A stretch of DNA of 64,000 nt, from the NCBI GenBank assembly GCA_028286585.1, contig JAQBRI010000009.1, forward strand, positions 28,010 to 92,009, read 5' to 3'. The notes beneath the pieces were generated by a model. That model was not told the origin of the DNA. It was given only the letters and a program-made list of their open reading frames with translations, and did no database searches. Position 1 is the stretch's first letter; every line of letters starts with the position of its first letter. This DNA comes from Candidatus Kaiserbacteria bacterium. Its GTDB lineage: Bacteria; Patescibacteriota; Minisyncoccia; Phycocordibacterales; UBA2100. A program made the position numbers and the translations under genes. Of the stretch, positions 53,901 to 59,912 are shown piece by piece.

Positions 53901-56818
53901 CCCGAATATGCTGCGCCTCCTGCGCCGCCTGCTGCTCCTCCTCCGCCTGTTCCTCCTATGTGTGCAGTTCCAAGAGATGCGTCACCTCCAGTTCCACCAA
54001 CTTGTCCAACTTTTCCCGTTGACCCAGTTGCAGTAACGGCGCCTGTCGCAAAGACCGCTGTTGTCGTACCAGTAATAATACCGCCAAGGTTATTTTGTCC
54101 AACGAGTCCGCCCGCATATGCTATAGCACCTGCTCCACCTACTCCGCCTGCACCACCAGTTGCTGCAGTGAGCGTAGTTGCAACAGCAGAAGCGCCGGCA
54201 GTTGCGCCAGCCGAACCATTGCCCGGTGTTCCTCCGGTTGATTGCACGACGCCTGTTGCGTTACTGCCCGTTTGAATTATTCCCAAGTTGTTTCCGACAA
54301 GTCCTCCGACATACGAAACACCGCCGGCTCCACCTGTGCCGCCGGCGCCTCCTGCTCCACCAATTGCAGCACCGCCTCCAGCACCACCTACGCCCGCAGT
54401 GCCGGCTGCTCCGCCCAATCCGCCGGTTCCGGTTACTGTTCCTGTTGCGGTAACAGAAGTCAGGATTCCTGCATTCACCCATCCGGCAAGGCCACCAACA
54501 TAATCAATACCTCCCGCTGCTGCAAGACCAACAGCTCCGCCTGCGCCTCCAATACCTGTTCCAGCATTAGCACCTCCGGCACCACTATTTCCAGAAGCAC
54601 CTCCTGCGCCTCCCGTTCCTATAACATTTACACCACTCGTTGCAGCTGTAATATTTCCTTGTTGAGAATAACCAACGACTCCACCAACGTAGACTGTTCC
54701 TCCCAATGCTGCCGCATTCGAAACACTTGCTCCGCCCGCGCCTGCCGTAGTCGCGCCGCTCGTTGTGTTTCCGCCTGCTGCCGCATTACCTGCTGCGCCT
54801 CCTGCACCTCCTACACCTGTTACATTTCCAGAAACACTTACGTTTGAAATCGTACCAATGTTGTATCCGACCAGTCCTCCCACATACATAGTTGCTGCAG
54901 CAGTTCCTGCCGTACCGGTTCCTCCAGCAGTTGGTGTCGTACCTGCAGTTCCAGCAGTTCCAGCGGTACCGGCAACACCCGCCGTACTTGTTGCACTAAT
55001 CAACTCGCCCGAGAGAATAACGTTTTTGATAGTGTTGTTAGAAAAACCAAAAAGACCAACATAGTTGAGCGTTGTCGTACTTATAAAAAGATTACTGATG
55101 GTAAAGTTTGCACCATCAAAGATTCCACTAAAGTTGGTTGTGTTATCGCCTATCGGCACAAAGCCTGCACCCAAGTTCCATCCCGATGTTACCGTCGCAT
55201 TAATATTATTATTAAGTTTGTATGAGTTGGTAAGTCCGGTTCGAATACCCTGCAAACCATATACGTCGTACGTAATAAAAGGATCGGTACTCACGCCAAT
55301 GCCGGTATATCGTCTAAAGGTTCCCGCTGTTACCGAAAAGTTTCCCGTCGCAGCAAATGTATTGGTGCCGGGATTGTTTGCAACAAAAGTTGCGGCTGAT
55401 GATTGCACATAATTTCCCGACAAACCTCCAGCGTTCGAAATCGTAAGACTCGCATTTTGTGTAATGGTACCAGTGTAGCCGGCGATCGTGAGCGATCCAA
55501 TAGTAAAAGCAGTATCAATGTTTGATGCGTTTGATCCTGTATCAAATATCACATCGGTGTTTACATCAGGAGTAGAAGCACCGGACGCGCCGTTAGATGT
55601 TGCCGACCAGCTTCCGGTCGAGCTCCACAAAGCGCCCGAAGCACCAACCCAGTATCGTGTCGTCGGGTCGACGACATAATCAATATCAACATTTCCAATA
55701 ATCTTAAGATCAAACTCGTCGGTCGGAGTTTGAAGATTGGTCAAAAGAATACGGTACTTTCCATCATGATCAATTGCATCAAACGTGCCGACAAGTACAC
55801 CATCAAGTGTGTACACTTCTACGCGCACCGATGCACCATCGTGTGACCGAGCATACAACGTAATGTCTTTTGTATTGTCGAGCAGCTGTGCAAACGTAAC
55901 GCGCACAAACTGTCCGTCAGAAATATTTGCATACTGCTGGTCTTGCGATTGCAAGAGTGGATACACATCGCCAATTGTATTTTTGTTTGCATCAAGTTGC
56001 AGTGCCTTCGAAATATAAATAATGGTAAATGTCTGAGTCGACAAGTGCGGCACGATCCACGCAACATGATCTATGTATCCGTTACCATCGTCATCAAACG
56101 ATTGAAACTCCATAACTTGATTTGCATTGTTCTGCCAATTTATTTTTATCTGATCTTCTTGACCAACCTTAAATATTTCTGGAATAGCAGTTCGCACCGG
56201 TACGTTCAAGATTGGTGTTATTTCATTTTCAAGATCCGCGACAGATACGACAACTGTCTTGCCATTGTCGTTTGTGTGTTCGGTGATCGTAGGCACCTGC
56301 ACCAGAATCGGTAACGCAAGATCCGAAGTCGATGCAGTATTTTGTGAATTTAAAAAAGTATCAGTCGACGTTGCTGTCAAAATTGCAGCACCACCTGAAC
56401 TAGTAAAAATATTTTGCACAGAACTCGATGCGCTGGTGTTATCAGAAATTATTTCTGTCGAAGATGCTTGAGTAAATGAAGTATCAGTTGAAGTTGCAAT
56501 ACTACTGCTCGCATTAATTACTTCACTTTGTAAACTATCGGTAGAAGTCGTTGCGGGGGGCTGTATTTTAGCATCACCCGAATCCTGTGAAACTTGGCTT
56601 CCCTGCCCAACCTGGTCGTCGGAGCTGGTAGCGACTGGCGCAGGAGTAGTCGCATCCTCTGTTGAAGTTACGATTACAGTATTTGTATCAGTGACAATTG
56701 GCGTTGCATCATCAGCATGCGTCGATACAACGTTTCCAAATAATATTCCAAGTACAAAAAAAACCCCTACAACAATTTGTAGCGGTAATCGGAATATTCT
56801 AAAAAATGGCTCAATCAC
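38993..56818 (-). CDS. giant (5,941 aa) surface protein with GLUG-like glycine-rich repeats, 21 FN3 modules, a poly-Gly linker and a C-terminal dockerin
   Basis: Single uninterrupted ORF. N-terminal TM 'LPLQIVVGVFFVLGILFGNVV'. Residues ~600-3800 are '(S/T)YA.GN...TGG.GG.GG...AYAGGLVG.N.G.I' repeats separated by Gly/Ala/Thr tracts. Then 21 ~90-aa 'P.AP..V.A..GNGQATI.FTPP...GG..IT.YTV.SNTGGF...G.SSPIT.TGLTNGT.YTFTVTATN' FN3 units. Then 'GGGGGGGGGGGGGGGGG'. Then 'GDINGDGKVNGIDFSILL...VDLNHDGKVDSVDFSILL', two dockerin Ca-binding segments. Confidence 0.9.
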   Translation of the reverse strand: MIEPFFRIFRLPLQIVVGVFFVLGILFGNVVSTHADDATPIVTDTNTVIVTSTEDATTPAPVATSSDDQVGQGSQVSQDSGDAKIQPPATTSTDSLQSEVINASSSIATSTDTSFTQASSTEIISDNTSASSSVQNIFTSSGGAAILTATSTDTFLNSQNTASTSDLALPILVQVPTITEHTNDNGKTVVVSVADLENEITPILNVPVRTAIPEIFKVGQEDQIKINWQNNANQVMEFQSFDDDGNGYIDHVAWIVPHLSTQTFTIIYISKALQLDANKNTIGDVYPLLQSQDQQYANISDGQFVRVTFAQLLDNTKDITLYARSHDGASVRVEVYTLDGVLVGTFDAIDHDGKYRILLTNLQTPTDEFDLKIIGNVDIDYVVDPTTRYWVGASGALWSSTGSWSATSNGASGASTPDVNTDVIFDTGSNASNIDTAFTIGSLTIAGYTGTITQNASLTISNAGGLSGNYVQSSAATFVANNPGTNTFAATGNFSVTAGTFRRYTGIGVSTDPFITYDVYGLQGIRTGLTNSYKLNNNINATVTSGWNLGAGFVPIGDNTTNFSGIFDGANFTISNLFISTTTLNYVGLFGFSNNTIKNVILSGELISATSTAGVAGTAGTAGTAGTTPTAGGTGTAGTAAATMYVGGLVGYNIGTISNVSVSGNVTGVGGAGGAAGNAAAGGNTTSGATTAGAGGASVSNAAALGGTVYVGGVVGYSQQGNITAATSGVNVIGTGGAGGASGNSGAGGANAGTGIGGAGGAVGLAAAGGIDYVGGLAGWVNAGILTSVTATGTVTGTGGLGGAAGTAGVGGAGGGAAIGGAGGAGGTGGAGGVSYVGGLVGNNLGIIQTGSNATGVVQSTGGTPGNGSAGATAGASAVATTLTAATGGAGGVGGAGAIAYAGGLVGQNNLGGIITGTTTAVFATGAVTATGSTGKVGQVGGTGGDASLGTAHIGGTGGGGAAGGAGGAAYSGGLVGLNSGIIISSFSNTGLVTVVGGTGGVGGTGGAGGTKGSSGTSGAGGASGTGGSANVLSTYAGGLVGSNTGIIQTSSAQNIVNGTGGAGGAGANGVTGLTGLAGLAGGIGGAGAILYVGGLAGNNALTITDSNYTIGSVTGVAGAGGAAGAGGAGGTGALAGAAGTATAGGIVYAGGFVGNNTGSTLTNDFSTGNVSGTAGAGGAAAAGGAGGTSLAGITGGTGAVGGIAYVGGLVGFLTTGEILTSYATGTVNSLGGTGGIGGAGGAGGTGAASTTGGAGALGGTGGAGGAAFGGGLVGIISLGTVTTSYAVGSTTVTGGTGGIGGVGGAGGTGGTNAIGGVGATGGNGGAGGISTAGGLVGQNGGIIRTTSYSTGNVTSVGGTPGNAGAGGAGGATTATFNSGTAAAGGLGGNGGAGAIAYAGGLVGNNLNEIINSYASGSIVATGSTGKNGGAAGVAGNGSAGGSSHVGAVGATGGTAGAGGDSFAGGLVGLNTSTIINAYIESGSVISQGGASGIGANGGAGGTGGSGALGGVGGVGGTSVSLGGFAYAGGLVANNSTSGVILGSHATINATSTAGVTGSGGNGGVGGTGAAGGAGAAVALGKAAYAGGLAGNSSGVINGSYATGNASATGGAGGAGGSGGNGGAGTTGGAGGNTSASAAASNAAGLAYAGGLVGFNTTNGIIQNGSHASGNALATGGVGAAGATTGNGGNSSGAFAGGSAGTTGGVAGLSGEAGGLAAAGGLVGFNAAVVSPDSYAAGNAVALGGAAGNGGLAGTPGTSGAGVAGAAGITSGAGGVGGASYAGGVIGNDSVLGTTISLPNTTGTISSTGGAGGTGVTGGVGGAGGSTAGAIGGAGGAGGAGGTGGLAAGGGIMGFNTGIIRDVTYTITSISVVGGAAGGAGAGGAAGASGNIAGGTGATGGTGGIGGVGGAEYIGGLVGDNSGVLINDIVIGSLTASGRSGGTGGAGGNGGDGTLGTGGHAGGVAGTGGTGGGGGVVYIGGLAGQGNGNIASSSSSGGTITVTLGGSGGVGGTGGTGGAGGSGSGRNGTGGTGGAGGVAGPIYSGGAIGLNSLADVIIESLSSSDDVTITEGSGGAGGAAVAGTNGAVGGTGGAGGGGGALNFGAYAGGLEGFNSGTGQSINNSRASGNITVTGGAGGAGAVGGAGGSGVTNSITGGAGAVGGIGGAGGFANGGGLLGFTNTNVFIGNSFTSGNVTVLAGVGGAAGNGGAGGAGGTASAGGAGATGGAAGLGGASYAGGLVAAAAASGGNIATSSSTGIIRGTSGAGGASGSGGAGGAGGSASLGGAGGNGAVGGGGGVNYTGGLVGDSPTTIQSSFHTTGAVSAFSGAGGAAGAGGTAGASGNISAGTAAAGGAGASGGVAGAVNVGGLVGRNNTVAGIINNSYATSDVNATGGSGGAGGVGGAGGDGTLATNHLGGTGGVGGAGGAGGGLVAGALQAGGLVGQNFVGTITNSYSQTGTVTVTGSAGGASAQGGAGGVGTGTALYGIAGAGGAGGAGGGVYVGGLVGYSIGVIQTSYSKTALNVTGGAGQNGTAGRSGAAGGGAAGSAGGAGGASSLIHVGGLVGNNASEIIASYASVDAGSGKGNISVAGGAMGNGANGGAGGSGLAAGSAGGAGGVGGVGGAGGGTFVGGLAGFNSAAGIITTSYSDTIAISGTEQTAGTGGIGGAGGTGVGAFAGGTGTAGGAGGAGSARSYGGLVGDNLGTIQNNSYSSISFSVTGGTGGTGGVGGAGGTSGSTIASGIAAAGGAGGAGGAGGVTYGGGLVGRINATTQTLQILNSYATGNATVTGGTGGTGGAGGVGGDGSTGTVTHAGSAGALGGSAGIGGDGNAGGLVGYTNVTSGIVNYSFDYATGNASSTGGNAGTAGTSGNGGASRTTVAGGAGGGAVLAAAGGSGFAGGLIGLNFVTTGGQSDIVNSYATGAVSATGGIGSTGNTGGVGANGAASSVGGAGGAGGIGGAGGDGNAGGLAGFTGATTGANNVLTSYATGNIVTSTSGTGGNGGSAGASGTSGSAAVGAATGGGGTSGAGGAAYAGGLVGRTSATASNNLIITSSYSTDNVIANGGTSGNGAAGVIGGAGGSGSIGGTGGLGGATGVGGAAYAGGLVAFNFGTIQGNSYATGNATSTSGTAGTPGAGAAGGASGSVSGSTAASGGAGGAGGAGGAAYVGGLIAHNTAIGVVLNSFALGSVVSIAKNGATGATGGAGGDGSLGTSAHVGGTGGTGGAGGIGGASYSGGLIGNNVNALNTIATSYAIGASVTGTSGVGGSGGTGGIGGLPGAAGVGGAGGAGGAAVSGGVLYTGGLIGFNDGTVLSGSYASTTVLGSAGAGGVGGTGGAGVAGGIATAANGATGGAGGSAGAAGVGGIAYAGGFNGYNNTGRTIKDSYANSSVTVTGGAGGVGGLGGNGAAGGAGIVAGTGGTGGIAGARTAGGVGGIAYGGGFVGQNNGGTISTSYGTGAVNVNGSAGGVGGAGGVGGNGGAGGPTGAGGIGGAMGATAAGGAGGAAYAGGLVGQNASGSTVLSSWSSGNVSLVGGAGASAGLSGTVSTGGAGGTLAGGAGGASVAGGNGGAGGASFAGGLMGADLATGTFNTSYSSGNVSITGGNGGNGAVGGKGGNGGVGGSGGSGNGGAGATGGTGGTGGVGGDVTGGGLVGQNTGVITNTYARGNVTITAGTPGTGAIGGAGGNAGAAGGGVAGVNGTGATGGAGGAGGNAYAGGLFGSNNAVITNTYATGVPTGTKTSGATGGTGGAAGTGGTGGAAGASGATGAAALQYVGGIVGNPIGGSYVSDYWDNVTSGKSNGVGNGADPAGMTGTTTTALKTQATYTNWDFVSPVWAITPGTTYAYLNYQTVPNAPTSVTAVPGNGQATITFAPPVNSGGSPITNYTVSSNTGGFTATGGSSPITITGLTNGTTYTFTVTATNASGTSISSGTSNAVTPATAPGAPTIGTATRGNGQATITFTPPVSNGGTAITTYTVSSNTGGFTATGGSSPITITGLVNGTTYTFTVTATNSAGTSSPSGTSNSVVPATVPGAPTGVSAVRGDTQATVSFTPPVNNGGSAITTYTVTSNVGGFTGTGSGSPIVVTGLTNGISYSFTVTATNAVGTSTASIASNSVIPATAPGAPTSVTATGGNGQATITFTPPVSNGGSAITTYTVSSNTGGFTATGGSSPITITGLVNGTTYTFTVTASSALGTSTPSSTSNSVVPATVPDAPTIGTATRGNTQATITFTPPVSNGGSAITGYTVTSNTGGFTATGGSSPITVTGLTNGTAYTFTVTATNSVGTSTASNATNSATPATIPDAPTSVIGTAGNGQVTISFTPGNTGGSPITLYTVSSNTGGFTTSGGSSPITLIGLTNGTAYTFTVTATNAVGTSASSSASSSVTPATVPDAPTSVSAVRGDTQATISFTPPVNNGGSAVTTYTVSSNVGGLTATGGSSPITITGLTNGTIYTFTVTATNSAGTSTASGTSNAITPAGVPSAPTSVTAVAGNGQATISFTPGNNNGSSISIYTVSSNTGGFTATGGSSPITVTGLTNGTAYTFTVTETNAIGTSTNSGTSNTITPATAPGAPTSVSAVAGNGQATVSFTPPVSNGGSAITTYTVSSNTGGFTATGGSSPITITGLTNGTTYTFTVTGTNSAGTSTASATSNTVVPATTPNAPTIGTVTRGNGEVTVTFTPPVSNGGAAITTYTVSSNTGGFTATGGSSPITVTGLTNGTAYTFTVTATNSVGTSASSSASASVTPATIPDAPTSVTAVRGDTQATISFTPPVSNGGAAITTYTVTSNVGGFTATGGSSPITVTGLSNGVVYAFTVTANNSAGTSTSSGISNSITPAGVPSAPTSVTAVGGNGQATITFTPGSNNGSAITNYTVTSNIGGFNVTGISSPLTVTGLTNGTAYTFTVTATNGVGTSTSSTLSNSVTPATVPNAPTGAVATAGNGQATITFTPPVSNGGAAITTYTVTSNSGGFTASGSGSPITVTGLTNGTAYTFTVTATNGVGTSTSSTLSNSVTPATAPGAPTSVSAVAGNGQATITFTPPVSNGGSAITNYTVSSNTGGFTATGGGSPITITGLTNGTTYTFTVTASNNVGTSTASSASNSVTPVTVPNAPTAVTAVSGNGQATVSFTPGSNNGSAITNYTVSSNTGGFTASGGSSPITITGLTNGTTYTFTVTATNAVGTSTPSGTSNTVVPATTPNAPTSVTAVSGNGQATITFTPPVNNGGAAVTSYTVTSSSGGLTATGGSSPITVTGLTNGTTYTFTVTATNAAGTSTASSASNSVIPGTVPNSPTGISAVGGNGQATITFTPPVSNGGAAITNYTVSSNTGGFTATGGSSPITITGLTNGTTYTFTVTATNSIGTSTSSGTSNSVTPATVPDAPTSISAVAGNGQATVSFTPPVSNGGAAITNYTVSSNTGGFTATGGSSPITITGLVNGTTYTFTVTATNNVGTSTSSGTSNSVVPAGGPSAPTSVAAVGGDGTATITFSPPSFTGGSAITSYTVTSNIGNFTATGGSSPITVTGLTNGTAYTFTVTATNAIGTSISSAATNSVTPATVPDAPTNLAAAIADSSVNLTWSAPGFNGGSPITSYTVTSNGGVFSTTTNGTSATIQGLTNGTTYTFTVTATNAVGTSTSSGTSNAATPASVPGAPINLAAIVQDSSINLSWSAPISNGGSPVTDYVVEYKLSSGGTWSIFSDGISTTPTTMVTSLSNNNSYDFRISAKNLVGRGTTTIPVSATPGAPAQVLIQSFSGLTVPSIATAVRITNEGSIAYEYQYTWCVTDSATNSCGGGDDIFSSTAAKLIQPGANFDTTLSSTVPVIGTYWFHVAVQYGSASSSASQSFTAIAAPVQNPGNGGGGGGGGGGGGGGGDNSPPVATPAATTEVIGDINGDGKVNGIDFSILLAYWKTKPPFKNNKVDLNHDGKVDSVDFSILLYHWKK
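39610..45250 (-). repeat. Tandem array of 21 ~270-nt FN3-encoding repeats inside the giant gene
   Basis: Near-identical peptide units are visible in the translation. The same periodicity shows up in the plus-strand junk ORFs ('VAVTVNVY.VPFVRPV.VIGE.PPVAV.PPVF'). Confidence 0.8.
45400..55000 (-). repeat. GGN-codon-rich degenerate tandem repeats (GLUG-like/Gly-Ala tracts) inside the giant gene
   Basis: Coding strand is dominated by GGx/GCx codons, giving Pro/Arg-rich spurious ORFs on the plus strand. The 'YAGGLVG' motif recurs more than 60 times. Confidence 0.75.
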
Positions 56819-56953
56819 TGGGTAATTATACTATGTACCCTGCCCTAGATAGGGGGTCAAATGTTGATAAGTGTATAAGTCCTAATGCACCTTCTCTACG
56901 CCTTTTTGTATTCGTTCCAAACAGTAGTTGTTGGGCTTGTCTAACTAGTCGGA

Positions 56954-57439
56954 TCAATCAACCTCCTCATTGTCGAGCGACAAATCTTTGCTGTTTTCAG
57001 AAATTTGAGCCGATGTTCGTAGGTACCCGATAAGGTCTCGAGTCGCTACATTTGCGATTAGCGGCTTCATTGCGAGCTTCATTAACTTTTCGATTCTAAA
57101 GATGCCATCTTCTCCTTTTTCGGTAAGAGCAAGTACCCGCTCACGCCGGTCTTCACCCTGAGAAACTTTTATCCATTTGTTTTTCTCCATCGAAATAATC
57201 GCTCTACTTACTAGTGATGGCTGTACTCCAAGCGCTGCTGCAACTTCGCTCGCGCGCATACTTGTGTGTGAGTGCGAAAGAATACCAAGGATGGCCCATT
57301 CCAAATTCGTAAGACCTTGCGGCTTGAGGACCTCGGCACTCACCTGCTTGAACACTCGATACCCTTTCGCCTGGATAAGACCAATGTCGTACGTTGTGTG
57401 ATCTTTAAACAAAAGTGCGATATCAGAAAATATACCCAT
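56954..57439 (-). CDS. MarR-family transcriptional regulator
   Basis: 'LTNLEWAILGILSHSHTSMRASEVAAALGVQPSLVSRAIISMEKNKWI' winged-HTH of MarR type. It sits directly upstream of the giant gene on the same strand. Confidence 0.75.
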   Translation of the reverse strand: MGIFSDIALLFKDHTTYDIGLIQAKGYRVFKQVSAEVLKPQGLTNLEWAILGILSHSHTSMRASEVAAALGVQPSLVSRAIISMEKNKWIKVSQGEDRRERVLALTEKGEDGIFRIEKLMKLAMKPLIANVATRDLIGYLRTSAQISENSKDLSLDNEEVD

Positions 57440-57549
57440 AGAAATTTATTATACAGCATGTGCGTGAGTAATCTTTTTAATACAAAAACCCACAAGACCA
57501 GCCAAAGGCGATCTTGTGGATTTTTCTGCAAAAGAGAATATCAAAAACG

Positions 57550-57738
57550 TTAATGTCCAACCGAGAAGGCGAATGCAATCGCAAAAATTACGACGAACAC
57601 TGCAATTTCAACAAGTATAGCTACTATAATCAATCGCCAATACATTGCCCACATCATACCGATGAGAGTTTTGTTTGGATACTTTTCGACAAACTCTTTA
57701 AACGAAGGATTCAAACCGCCCAGATTCCACCAAGTCAT
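57550..57738 (-). CDS. small hydrophobic protein (hypothetical)
   Basis: 62 aa with two predicted TM helices. Confidence 0.3.
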   Translation of the reverse strand: MTWWNLGGLNPSFKEFVEKYPNKTLIGMMWAMYWRLIIVAILVEIAVFVVIFAIAFAFSVGH

Positions 57739-57877
57739 ACTGTATATATATTATGTTTCTAAATAAGAGCTAAACCAAAGTGCGTGAGCCATGCGACTCA
57801 CGTACGTATTGTGACATGTGTTTAGCGGATTGATTATATTTGTCCCCTATCTTATATGACAAATATATTTTTACACA

Positions 57878-58477
57878 CTATTTGACTGCCTGCTTTTTTA
57901 TTACGTACCTGCCAAAAAAAGCCAATGTACCTGTAAGTCCATTTACTAAAAGTAGATAGATAGGAAAAATAAGATTTGCCGGATCAAAAATTGTAGTCGA
58001 TATAACAGCAAGTCCAGATGCAAAAGCAATCAGCAGCCATTGAGTAGGTGCTTCCGACCAAGGATCCTTAAAAGCTTTTATAACAGTCGGGACCGCGGCC
58101 ATTGCATCTGCCAAGACTGCGAACAAAATTGCCAAAATCGGCTGCTGCGTTAGTAGCCAAGAAAACATCGCCAGTACTGCCAGAGCGGTGCATATCCATT
58201 CAAGCCGACCATATTTACCATATCCATAACCAAACAGACAAAGAATAACTACCGAACATGTACCGATAAAATCCCCTATCAAAAGTGCCAATGACCATGA
58301 TGCTCCAGAACTAAATTGAGCCAGGATGGAAATAAAAAGCAAAAGTGCCCACAGTGAAAATGAGAAAAAATTGGGACGAGTAGTGCCGTGCAAAATATCC
58401 TTAATGTATGGAATCACGGCCAACATTGCGATGAGACCTGCGACACTTCCAACTATTACATGCCAGTCGAAAATCAT
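57878..58477 (-). CDS. integral membrane protein (hypothetical, ~6 TM)
   Basis: 199 aa and highly hydrophobic. Its stop is 3 nt from the next gene. Confidence 0.5.
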   Translation of the reverse strand: MIFDWHVIVGSVAGLIAMLAVIPYIKDILHGTTRPNFFSFSLWALLLFISILAQFSSGASWSLALLIGDFIGTCSVVILCLFGYGYGKYGRLEWICTALAVLAMFSWLLTQQPILAILFAVLADAMAAVPTVIKAFKDPWSEAPTQWLLIAFASGLAVISTTIFDPANLIFPIYLLLVNGLTGTLAFFGRYVIKKQAVK

Positions 58478-58479
58478 AT

Positions 58480-58800
58480 TTATTCAACAACCTCTATCGG
58501 GTACACATCGGTTGCGGGCTCTTCGTATGGATGAACTTCTTTAATTGCCTTTAAGATGCCCTTTAGCTTTTCCTCCGAGCACACTGTCTCGATGCGCTCC
58601 TCTGCCGTTTTTTCAAGCTTTCCTACTTCGCCAACGGTTGGATTACTTCCTTCCCCTGGCATAAATTGGCCCGTACCTTTGATGGTGAACATGCAGTGCG
58701 TATAGTTGCCTATAACGCCGGCCCCCGCATTCCCCATCGCCTCTCGCAACTTGTCTGCATGCGATTCTGGAACATATACGACGATCTTAAACTTTTTCAT
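58480..58800 (-). CDS. small PII/CutA-like fold protein resembling the NIF3 (YqfO) insert domain
   Basis: 106 aa. 'KIVVYVPESHADKLREAM...VHPYEEPATDVYPIEV' resembles the 'HPYEE.AYD.YPL' C-terminal block of NIF3-family proteins. Confidence 0.35.
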   Translation of the reverse strand: MKKFKIVVYVPESHADKLREAMGNAGAGVIGNYTHCMFTIKGTGQFMPGEGSNPTVGEVGKLEKTAEERIETVCSEEKLKGILKAIKEVHPYEEPATDVYPIEVVE

Positions 58801-58920
58801 ATATCTCCATAGTAGCGCTTTTATCTGGATGTGGAAATGCCATTTTTAAAAAGTAGACAAGGGTGTCATCTAGGAGTACTGTTTTCTTAGGAATAAGTTC
58901 CTAACAGAAAGGCAATAGCA

Positions 58921-59655
58921 ATGAGTGACCTGGATCTCTCTGCCGAGCTGAACGCCTTCATTGAGAAGGTAGGTGTCAAAAACGGTTTCGAGCTCAGTAA
59001 CCTGCCCGAGAACGCGCTGTTCGAAATTCATACGCGGAACAGCGTGTACACCATCGTCGTCCTCGATCCTCAAAACGGCGCCATCGCGCTTATGGGCTCA
59101 CGGCCTGATTACAAGGAACCCGACATCTTTGCCTTTTTCGGTTCATCCTTTGGGATGAGCACGTCGGTAACCAGAGTCGGCTGGGTTGGCATCGGTCTTC
59201 ATTTCCGTATGCGATCACTGGATGGTGGACTTTTCACGACCACCGAGGTCAAGCATTTCGTAATGCTCAATGATCCAAGCAAGGCGCTCAGTATCAGAAA
59301 GAGGGCGGAAGCGAAACGTCCTGACGCCCTGATACCTGAGACCGAAGATGAACTAGCTCTGTGGCAAAAGAATTTCGATAAAGAGATCGAGTCCAACTTC
59401 GCAGGAGAATATCTTCCAATCGTGCAGAAGTGGCTTGCCAAGTTCTGCATAAATGGCAAATGCAGGGCGGCGACATTCTTCTTTGCAGCCAAAAGCGCCG
59501 GCAGGCTCAAAGAGGCACTTCTTCTTATGCCTCGTCACTACAAAGAGCATTGGATGTACAAGCATCCAGATATTTGCGGTGACTTGATAACACCATCGGA
59601 CACCTACCAGTGGGAAAAGGCTTACAAGGAAGCGGGCATTCCAGCTCCCTCGTAA
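58921..59655 (+). CDS. hypothetical protein
   Basis: 244-aa ORF followed by a strong terminator. Confidence 0.45.
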   Translation: MSDLDLSAELNAFIEKVGVKNGFELSNLPENALFEIHTRNSVYTIVVLDPQNGAIALMGSRPDYKEPDIFAFFGSSFGMSTSVTRVGWVGIGLHFRMRSLDGGLFTTTEVKHFVMLNDPSKALSIRKRAEAKRPDALIPETEDELALWQKNFDKEIESNFAGEYLPIVQKWLAKFCINGKCRAATFFFAAKSAGRLKEALLLMPRHYKEHWMYKHPDICGDLITPSDTYQWEKAYKEAGIPAPS

Positions 59656-59681
59656 CTTCAAACCCTGAATTGTGAACCTAG

Positions 59682-59714
59682 AATCCGCGCAAGAAATTGC
59701 GCGGATTATTTTTG
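59682..59714 (+). terminator. Rho-independent terminator
   Basis: 'aatccgcgcaagaaattgcgcggatt' plus 'attttt'. Confidence 0.7.
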
Positions 59715-59912
59715 TAATTATATGTAACTTGACAAGTGTTATACATATGTCATTATGAAATATATGAATCACTTAATGCGCAGAATTATTACATGTAATT
59801 CCACCTACTCCAGTGGGTTGTCTTTTGCTATGCAGAATGACAAAAACACCATGTTTATATTCAGCCGTGATTTCTCTACTCAATCGTAAAGCAAGACGAT
59901 ACCAAAATTAGA

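Noticed and set aside
39054-56471. Dozens of plus-strand ORFs (60-319 aa) encoding Pro/Ala/Thr/Arg-rich peptides, e.g. 51033..51833, 52005..52964, 53676..54275, 42411..43067
   Set aside because: They lie entirely inside the 17.8-kb minus-strand giant gene. Their Pro/Arg/Ala richness is the reverse-complement reading of GGN/GCN-rich Gly/Ala codons, and they repeat with the periodicity of the minus-strand repeats. Mirror-strand artefacts, not genes.
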